Shown piece by piece: positions 9,101 to 13,662 of a stretch of DNA of 60,469 bases. The translations under genes and the position numbers were made by a program. Position 1 is the first letter of the stretch, and every line of letters starts with the position of its first letter. This stretch comes from Desulfobacteraceae bacterium (GTDB lineage: Bacteria; Desulfobacterota; Desulfobacteria; Desulfobacterales; SpSt-501): contig JBFYWS010000621.1 in NCBI GenBank assembly GCA_041310935.1, forward strand, positions 1-60,469, written 5' to 3'. Under the pieces are notes generated by a model that saw nothing but the letters and a program-made list of their open reading frames with translations, was not told the DNA's origin and searched no databases.

Positions 9101-10005
9101 TTGGCGGCAGTATCGTGCGACACGCCCGAATTACGCATGGCGCGGTATATGGCGCCCGTGCCCTGGCGGAACCAATACGTTGCGCTGCCCACCGTCATCC
9201 CCATCGAGGCCGCTACGGGAACGGTAATCACTTCCTCCGGCAGCAACACCTGCGGGCCAGCCTGTCCGGCCGCTGCGGCAATGCCGGCAAACCCCATACC
9301 ATACAGGGCACCTTCCTTCTTGCCTCTGAGCATCGCCGGGGCCATGCGTACTGCTCCCAGGATGGAGTTCCAAATCCAGTTCTTGCTCTCTTGCGGAGGG
9401 GCAAGTTCAGCCTTGGACCGCAACTTGTCAGCCTTGTCGGGCGGTATCAATCCAGTTGCAGCCTGAAAATCGAGTTCGTCGAGTGCCGCCTGCTGATCGC
9501 CTTGTTGATAGGCTTGCGCCAATTCTTGTATCCAAGGCGGCCGATCATCTGGCGGCTTTGGTGGTTCAGTTTGGGTGGTTGAGGCGGGCGTTGGAGCAAT
9601 GCTAAACGACGGAACCACGTTAGTCTTTTGCGGCATGACGAACGATGCGGGGCCGACTTCGCCAACCGTCTTGCGTGCCGCCTTTGCCGCCTGCTCCCGC
9701 TGCTGAATGACGGGCGTAATGAGCGCCGCCGGCTGACTGACTCCCACGGACTGCGGAGTCGTGGGGGCGGATACATCCACGCTTCTCAGGGCTGCGCTTG
9801 GTGTTGGGACAACAGGCGGAGGCTTGGGCGTCATCTGCAACTCGGCATCGCTGAGCTGACGGACTGGCTCAACAGCCGGGGCCGATTCAACTGCCGGCGA
9901 TTCATCTGCTTCGAGAAGGTAGTCGAACCTTCCGGTCCGCTTGGGACGCTCAGAGGTTGCGGCAGGCGCAGCCTCAGTATCCAGGAGATAACTAAACCTG
10001 CCCAT
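1..10005 (-). CDS. N-terminal 3,335 codons of a giant ORF of about 4,893 aa (candidate polyvalent virion/ejected protein). It leaves the left edge and continues at 60348 through the circular junction.
   Basis: ATG at 10005-10003, with GAGG 9 nt upstream and an in-frame stop at 10021-10023. I read every plus-strand triplet starting at 1, 4, 7... from 1 to 10020 and found no tta, cta or tca. The frame (coordinate mod 3 = 1) matches ORF 55672..60462. The track omits it because no stop lies on this side of the window. Confidence 0.9.
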   Translation of the reverse strand, partial: MGRFSYLLDTEAAPAATSERPKRTGRFDYLLEADESPAVESAPAVEPVRQLSDAELQMTPKPPPVVPTPSAALRSVDVSAPTTPQSVGVSQPAALITPVIQQREQAAKAARKTVGEVGPASFVMPQKTNVVPSFSIAPTPASTTQTEPPKPPDDRPPWIQELAQAYQQGDQQAALDELDFQAATGLIPPDKADKLRSKAELAPPQESKNWIWNSILGAVRMAPAMLRGKKEGALYGMGFAGIAAAAGQAGPQVLLPEEVITVPVAASMGMTVGSATYWFRQGTGAIYRAMRNSGVSHDTAAKLAPYAGLPYALIEYSQVDKIIPGLGRRAKDVAKQTFLRSLLRLGGMVLLRTGQEVGEEVLQEAVQETTRLTAKYIDGQINASNLPEEMKYSAMDVVEAGVQSIGPMLILQAPGAATAAARMTADAVVRKAIETETKTADEIRPELHEGLSGPGLPLPPNRIISSEDVAYLAGHGVQVETLPDGRQFLVRRQKPVADIAKAKPKRALKASIPEEGPSIEEQRAAPPTTAQLRYEVEQVAKIIARSENVNLDRASPAVRDRYFKEAAQLPARVRRGLIAAPDLQAPTPAPTKPTKAAEPTREPPSTTEAGAVAGPALTQPKEAEHGTAPVVGSGGVSETQAPQGVPGVPGGNAPSAEAAGAGGGEAGSKPVEVPAAEKGPEAAGALNLTQAEQDELAQIEKELQQRLGERGEDGGEGPAPGDASRVLPGESADAYVTRRSKELYPALKRAQDELEAIGDDPAWADDQAELKKTIASLEWDLATINLRRDHYRQTKGRGAEAETAPATPPPASGGEGQAAVTPVVTPTGPGSPGYLDEMTAHNEREKARHEANRKAETEYKLSGVGKEGKKVWKKWLSDMTSPRGNLSHDQLQSAEPWFRELYNAGKSGKGTPMHEGGMSISYEERAAYEAGQRDARTPPNGAPGGIRVAPPPPPAIPRAPQSPPEAPQTPSATAKAVSITLAEAAHRGLLKPPPSRRGLPDLWIEAKTKDGKTAKVRAQDAGTLKGSGPYKSVRVVNSKGENVSDKYPLKTVMAAKEPAAAAPAAPAEEAPAPALPEWAQTPHEYVQTMKAVRERNGQRTTASDERALRISHEQAMRGAVNRGEDIPNAVRLAYRGKDWMPRPDEGTVPTPFPLPPPPPAPAARQTPTGSAITPETVALQGRLNSRETRLRQKYGDDAFETLARYAEGMNHETWLDMTRMIVEGEKIGDAVADMQDEDGIAKAVGRYEEMQAEIEANYEARGQIFVAQDKDKGLTAEKQVVEFAADNMPDGMSGALDEADISQDNPVLGTIENKEGDTRDVYHVTGYSKTKVGGIRVYGRLAYLETGTAKDGTTEAWLVEVENDKDVKWASPDAELIGKGEFDRVGEGNKGVEAVDAEREAKIAAILDAADAQDRARFVPVPRGDYWVRMMAREGTTVGERFPTEDALKADIDRAVARKRAEFSAELAKMPADRIQSQYDYWVKPEAPTAEAPAPTTKSPVPVADAKLTTEAEIRERLASVRRQREELNSSRTAPADYDKKQSRIAKLTEREGLLTEQLRTVLKAEAPKATKLEALKAKVAAKSAEGSPEQKFARNMAKYGADQLENDAAYKLTDEGDGTFGLEYTSPDRKTRKMLYQNYPSRDAAIKDAVEHAFRGATPEASKPKPGAPVATPAIPSDIPSVEEARKAMTEADTVTATLRMAMEKAGIEAATYAKENDLLATKRGRFVGMNRYVDPSGRIKKSAPKAKVTEYQRLVKLAREAEAVFENHLREVEQPAKRQLERARYATVARDEKAPEVSRLMARAAILGPQRDAKSGLMTTDAADALQAQAEVAAEPMARELYPDATDEEVKALAPNIARNADFDAREGKPLTIERLREAARLDQSLQMMAQRRRRIHDAYKAAELPVPEVSEPTAKQADDLIADIPRLTAEAEAAEKASDEKIEKEAKAKAAEQAKFDAEARATADKGRAFATAWKPPFRGATHPVEALGKVANPKNTLPILGMVAVKDGVASASDLDATVQAPVDLPDGIYRRLPGSNVLIIEQGPEGLEEFPYGFAKLEKPVTVKLADGREFMQALKAAQAAASSDETRYALMNVWVSKVNDGAVAVSASDGRRLVSTTVSADVSAVPDGWAVGLNPSAVTALLADPHGESLTIEAGQPEVKETGTTPGAVRFSNGNTTVTARLPDVAKPDFAPLLSQATAETLTVDRKAFNKALAKLKKMAGKVREGVVVGISSEHGTLTLTTKDRNGKTFSESLDVEVSAGRQAQGMVSVVMPRQETGLARDAYFMPYLSDAAKAGTSARLSFGMVQGVGAEDKTARAAMFESAIEETPKAPDTTPKAVEAWEPDTLKGKPAKGEDILRAAAPKGSNLPVLTRMHAKGGIGRTTDLENEVSAPTEQADGLWEARGNAWVEAEESPDEFPDPMNIGKATETFKFSGAQAQALKAGLLAVQAAQSTDQSRYVLNSVLLEVAKDGAVSLVGTDGRRLHVATAGTVAAPKGGESVQMILRPQAVNLLLQSNGAGPVTVRVGTTTAKEVDGNGNEIKVRNDIAEITDGNITLRTKLIEGTYPNFRQVIPDPAGQKIKLRVSRKALGQALADVRPYVAGDPEYGKNESVHLDVSSKEIVVKTSGNRPQYTMERTVPVAEKVAFGGDTLTAAFNPDYLMDTLKAGDSETVEIGLTDELSPITVANDDGTAKGVVMPRKLAARGETEANPPLVAMHNLSAKNLAFAEEMGGLAMPSLGVANAEAPYEGFGEITLIGRPELVDPKVDRSMRVANADQYSPRYPSATHLMTKGADAVWKPIEAWVQATYGDMRSDSLNKEDYHIRSVLYGLHSHLEAAGQFRDHGIEDLYRDLGLGAYFAGTRYGQVFRNTDEVDGREALRSFIAEHKSEFESWVDATFGPFVERKIFKGFTNAGNKRYAPYTLDYVMKELRKAIRSKEGEGFFYGAGSVRAAIGSRQYRTLAQIQSDRGKLKSGMDEDKQGANARLQEIANSGRSAYENNSESFGYSETFWNAVIDAMRSRTPRAKLKEYGFDYDQMPWEEIRQFTDELKAMPTEYFEAKPQRVVQLQEFTGAVVPSDASPQTFAILKRHGIEVEKYDPDKADDRARAVRDLSFRQNVQFSTSDLLGSQPRGVTREAFDATLSDETRAVPFAAEGTWGGRFDDADELVKAAVESGDGQAARVRQSWNPTDKYPTSHRTWADIDAKVRRDGGYQYATSCVGSDAERIHAMLDSSEEVSADTFFKNVNSDDIREFSQGAGYDTGAERGGLRLRKDWAVSYHRGVYDGLPAYFMQHSAIEYIYTATEELRVADPIPAPRFHRSRNGQVRAV
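1300..1860 (-). other. Conserved module inside the giant ORF (PPLVAMHNLSAKNLAFAEEMGGLAMPSLGV...GFGEITLIGRPELVDP), of a kind recurrent in large phage/plasmid polyvalent proteins. I cannot recall the family name.
   Basis: Hand translation of lines 1681-1860 and recollection of the HN(L/I)S...GG(L)xxPS(I/L)(A/G)(V/I) pattern in polyvalent proteins. The extent is approximate. Confidence 0.3.
1882..2925 (-). other. DnaN (beta sliding clamp)-like module B of the giant ORF (about residues 2361-2708)
   Basis: Hand-translated motifs: SNLPVLTRMHAKGGIGRTTDLENEV, DEFPDP, STDQSRYVLNSVLLEVAKDGAVSLVGTDGRRLHVA, RTKLIEGTYPNFRQVIP, AAFNPDYLMDTLK, GVVMPRKL. They match the DnaN hallmarks TLPIL, ATDGHRLA, (I/V)(D/E)GxYPxYxxV(I/L)P, FNxxYLxDxL and MPxR(L/I). 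Confidence 0.75.
3079..4053 (-). other. DnaN (beta sliding clamp)-like module A of the giant ORF (about residues 1985-2309)
   Basis: Hand-translated motifs: HPVEALGKVANPKNTLPILGMVAVKDGVASASDLDATVQ, EEFPYG, SSDETRYALMNVWVSKVNDGAVAVSASDGRRLVS, and a third domain (LTVDRKAFNKALAKL...GTLTLTTKD...YFMPYLSDAAK...ARLSF). The domain order matches a three-domain DnaN, but it is more diverged than module B. Confidence 0.65.
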
Positions 10006-10020
10006 CGTTCTGTGCCTCGC

Positions 10021-11688
10021 TTATTGCCAATCTCTGCCACGAGCCTTGTCTATCTGCTTCTTATTGGGCGGGACGCCCATTTCCGACTCAAAGGCCTCCT
10101 TGAACTCATCCAGGGTCATCATGCTTTGCGACGGGTCGGTTGACTGCAAAGCCTTCCGCTTCGCTTCTGCCGGCACCTTGATCTTCAGTTGCTTTGCCAG
10201 CATCCTCGCGTAGTCGGCGTCACCGCCTGTCGCCTCCACGAACTCCTTCCATGTGGCTTCGTTGAGCGGTGTCCGCTTGACATTGTGAGGAGCAAAGGAG
10301 CTGGGTATTCCGATGCCTGACTCATCCCACAGAGCGTCAAGGGCAACCTTTGCCGCGCTGTCGCGCCCGCTGTACTCGCCCCAATGGGTGCCCTTGGTCA
10401 ACTCGGCTTGCTTGGCGAGGTATTCGTCGAGACCGCCTACCGCATCAGCAACGCTCTGCTCCCGCTGGATTCCGGCGACAACCGCATCCACCTTCGCAGC
10501 ATCACCGCTGCCGACTGCGCGGTTGAGCAGGTCGCGGGTTTTGTCGTCACCCGCCACGCGCTCCGCGATGCCCGCTCTTTCCGCGATGCTCTGGGCTTCC
10601 GACTCTACCCGGTCCTTTCGCGCCTGCACCGTCTCTGGCGTCTGGCGAATAGCCTTTGCGTCCTTTCCCTGCACGGCGACAATCGCGCCCGTCTCAGGGT
10701 CGCGGATCAACTGCGTGCCAGATTCCGGCTTCCAAGTCGCCTTTCCACTCTCGTCAACTTGAAGGACCGGATTACCGTCCTTGTCGTACTCCGTGCGAAT
10801 GTACCCTTGACGGCCTTGTTGAAGCTCGAGAGCAGACGTCGCTTTCACCGCCTCTGTCTTTTCCGTGCCTTCGGCTGTGGCCTGCGCCGTGTTCTCGGGC
10901 GAGAGAGATGTGTTGAGCAACGCCTGATTGCGGACATCGGCGTCCATTTCCCGCCGCGTCGTGCCGCCCCAACGCCGCAGGCCGCCGCCACCCATGAAGT
11001 TCTGCGCCCGGAAGTTGGCATGGGCTTCGGCCTCGGCTTGCGCTCTGGCCGCGGCAGGGTTCTCCAGTGCCGCGGCGATTGCGCCGGCATTCGCCATACG
11101 TCGATCCGTCACCACGTTGCCGTCCGGCGTGTTGTAGGTGATGTAGACGGGCTGCTGGCCGCCGGCAAGGGCCGTAGCGTCCCTGGGGACTGCCCCCGAT
11201 GCCGCCACTTCCATGCGCCCTGTGCGCGGGTCCAGGATGAAGTCGGCGCTCGTATTGAGGCCGTACCGCACCCGCGTTTCAGGAGAGAGCTGAGTTCCTG
11301 CCGGAAACGAGGCGACGGCTACGCCCCTTGGCGTCTCGGCGCCGCCGACAATCATCTCCTTTTGCAGAGGCCCACCAGCCCCAACAAGGCCACGAAAACG
11401 CGGACCGAGATCGGGAAGAAGACCTTGGCGCGGCCGTTGCACGGCTTGGTTGATCGTCGGCAGGCGAACGTCTTCACCGGGCAGGGCTTGGATGACGCGG
11501 CGCCCTTCCTTTGGACTGACAGGCGCAAATTGGTTATCAGGCGTCACGATGCCGCCCTGCATTCTCGGCAGCACTCTCGCCATTCTGCCTGAATTGCCCC
11601 TCACCAGTGTCGTGCCGTCAGGCCCAGTGGCGACCATGGTGCCCCGCGGTCGTTCTTCCTCTCTCCAGAATGTATTCAGCGCACCCAT
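10021..11688 (-). CDS. Virion-module protein of unknown function (555 aa)
   Basis: ORF track 10021..11736. ATG at 11688 (MGALNTFW) lies 8 nt after the upstream stop, after an AAAGGTAGG RBS. It sits immediately upstream of the giant ORF. Confidence 0.6.
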   Translation of the reverse strand: MGALNTFWREEERPRGTMVATGPDGTTLVRGNSGRMARVLPRMQGGIVTPDNQFAPVSPKEGRRVIQALPGEDVRLPTINQAVQRPRQGLLPDLGPRFRGLVGAGGPLQKEMIVGGAETPRGVAVASFPAGTQLSPETRVRYGLNTSADFILDPRTGRMEVAASGAVPRDATALAGGQQPVYITYNTPDGNVVTDRRMANAGAIAAALENPAAARAQAEAEAHANFRAQNFMGGGGLRRWGGTTRREMDADVRNQALLNTSLSPENTAQATAEGTEKTEAVKATSALELQQGRQGYIRTEYDKDGNPVLQVDESGKATWKPESGTQLIRDPETGAIVAVQGKDAKAIRQTPETVQARKDRVESEAQSIAERAGIAERVAGDDKTRDLLNRAVGSGDAAKVDAVVAGIQREQSVADAVGGLDEYLAKQAELTKGTHWGEYSGRDSAAKVALDALWDESGIGIPSSFAPHNVKRTPLNEATWKEFVEATGGDADYARMLAKQLKIKVPAEAKRKALQSTDPSQSMMTLDEFKEAFESEMGVPPNKKQIDKARGRDWQ

Positions 11689-11695
11689 AGCGCAC

Positions 11696-12100
11696 CTACC
11701 TTTCGTTTCTCTTGATCGGGCCGCACACGGCCCCACACCTTACCGCCAGTTCAATCCCGATGTCGCTGCTCATCAGCCATGTCCAGAGCAACCCGCCGTC
11801 GCGCTGAATGCAAAAGCGGTGCCTGCCATCGAAAAACTGCATCACGATCTCGCCGCCTGCCTCCACAAAGTACACTCGCGGCATTTCGATGTTCCGGCCA
11901 GCCTGCACGGCATCGCAAATCCGCTGCCTGACGCCGGGCCGCGCCTCCTGCTCGCGTTCGATGTAGCCGTCCCACCGTCTGAACGCAAGGTCGCAAGCCG
12001 TCACGCTCGCGGGCCACACCAGCCGCGCCGCAAAACGGCTTGGCCCCGCCACGGATAGAACACGCAGTTGTTCCGCTATTGTCATGTCGTCAGAACGCAT
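11696..12100 (-). CDS. Hypothetical protein (134 aa). The FFDGRHRF motif faintly resembles the ParB/Srx-fold DGxHR motif.
   Basis: ORF track; packed between neighbours. An alternative ATG lies at 12085. Confidence 0.5.
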   Translation of the reverse strand: MRSDDMTIAEQLRVLSVAGPSRFAARLVWPASVTACDLAFRRWDGYIEREQEARPGVRQRICDAVQAGRNIEMPRVYFVEAGGEIVMQFFDGRHRFCIQRDGGLLWTWLMSSDIGIELAVRCGAVCGPIKRNER

Positions 12101-13163
12101 GGTCGTTCAGGTTGCCGGCCCACGCGCTTGTGATATGCCATCCCAGCGAGCACACATAGACGGTGGAGTTTGTTCCAGTCACCGCAAGCACATATACCAG
12201 GATGTCGCTGCCCTGCCTGCGTTGGATGATGTTTTTGACCTTCTTCGCGCCGCCGTCGGCGTACACCGCGAAACTCGCCAGCGGCAGCATGATGTAGTCG
12301 GTGTCCTGTATGGGCTGCACATACGCATTCTCATTCGTGGTTGTCATCAGCGTCGGCATTATAGAACCGGAAACAAAATATCCAGTCGTCAACTCGACCC
12401 ATATCTTCATCCACAGGATAAAATCGCCTGCGGCAAACGCACTGGCATTTACCGTGCGGGTAATGTCCGCATTGGTCGCCGTCCAATGACAGAACGCATT
12501 GGCGCTGTTTCCCGCCCAAATGTAGCCATCCCCCACCGTCAATTCCGCCGTGTCCGTCTGCGTCACCGCGAACGGGCCGTTGTACGTGTACGAGTCCCCG
12601 TACTGGTGGCGGTGCTTCTCGACTGAGAACGCAGGCGAGCCATGTATTGCCCGGTCGTAGGCGGACAACCCATCAGCAGGGCGGGGCTGAATCAACTGAT
12701 TGTGGCCCTGGCGGTTCGGGTCGGGCTGCACCGATACCGGGTCAGATGGAGCACCGCCACGCGCCGCGTCATGCGGCGAGCGCGAACTGGTGAGCGATCC
12801 CATTGGCGGAATCCGTCTGCCGATCTGACGGAGGTCTTCGGGGGGCTGTTCCCCGAGTCGTCTTGCGCTCTCAGGCGGGGCGCTGCCGACTTCGCGTGCC
12901 GGTCTGAACTCGTTCTTGGACTCGTCGCCGCCGATCTCCTTTTTGGCCTTGGCTTTTTGCGCCTCCCGCTGTGCCTGAAGTATGGCCTTGGCCTTGTTGA
13001 CGGCCTGCTGTGCTTCGCTGATGGGGGGTTGCGGCGGAGGCGGTTCCTTGGGGATCGGTTCCGGCTCGGGCGGTGGGGCTGGATGCACGGCGTCCTCGGT
13101 GCCGGGGACACCCCGCACCTTCTTGCCGAACTCCTCCATGCCAGGGTCAACCTCTGTGATCAT
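12090..13163 (-). CDS. Virion-module protein with a Pro/Ala-rich N-terminal third (357 aa)
   Basis: ORF track; AGGAAAG RBS; gene context. Confidence 0.6.
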   Translation of the reverse strand: MITEVDPGMEEFGKKVRGVPGTEDAVHPAPPPEPEPIPKEPPPPQPPISEAQQAVNKAKAILQAQREAQKAKAKKEIGGDESKNEFRPAREVGSAPPESARRLGEQPPEDLRQIGRRIPPMGSLTSSRSPHDAARGGAPSDPVSVQPDPNRQGHNQLIQPRPADGLSAYDRAIHGSPAFSVEKHRHQYGDSYTYNGPFAVTQTDTAELTVGDGYIWAGNSANAFCHWTATNADITRTVNASAFAAGDFILWMKIWVELTTGYFVSGSIMPTLMTTTNENAYVQPIQDTDYIMLPLASFAVYADGGAKKVKNIIQRRQGSDILVYVLAVTGTNSTVYVCSLGWHITSAWAGNLNDHAF

Positions 13164-13172
13164 CAGGCTTTC

Positions 13173-13643
13173 CTATTGGAGAATCTTCATCACGCCCAAC
13201 GACGACGCCGGGTAGTAGGCCCGGTTCGTGCCGTCGTAAATGCCAAGCTGGAGTTCCGCGCCGATGATGTTGGTTCGCATCGTCCAGGTCACGGAGCACA
13301 AGTTGGTTGCCGTCGCTGCCGGTGTCATGTTGGTGGTGTCGACAGTAACCGCTCGCGTTGTGGCGTCGAGTGTGGCGACGGCCAGCGTGGCGGTGCTGTA
13401 TGTCAGGTTCTGCACGTCAGCCGTGCTCGCCACGTAGAGGGTGCCCGTGAGGGTCACGCTCTGCCCCGGCGCGACATCGCCGAATGTACTGAAGTCCGTC
13501 ACCGTGCCGCGGATGAAGTTGACGTTGGTGATGACGAGGCCGGGAACATTGTCGCTCGCCATCGCCTTCGACACAAACAACGCCAGCGCAACCGCAATTG
13601 TCGCAACGACCACCACCGCGCATCCTCGTAGCCACTTCTTCAT
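13173..13643 (-). CDS. Small beta-rich protein with an N-terminal signal peptide or membrane anchor
   Basis: ATG at 13643 (MKKWLRGCAVVVVATIAVALALFVSKAMA-S), with GGAGG 8 nt upstream. Confidence 0.55.
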   Translation of the reverse strand: MKKWLRGCAVVVVATIAVALALFVSKAMASDNVPGLVITNVNFIRGTVTDFSTFGDVAPGQSVTLTGTLYVASTADVQNLTYSTATLAVATLDATTRAVTVDTTNMTPAATATNLCSVTWTMRTNIIGAELQLGIYDGTNRAYYPASSLGVMKILQ

Positions 13644-13662
13644 TTCGCGTTCCTCCATCTGT

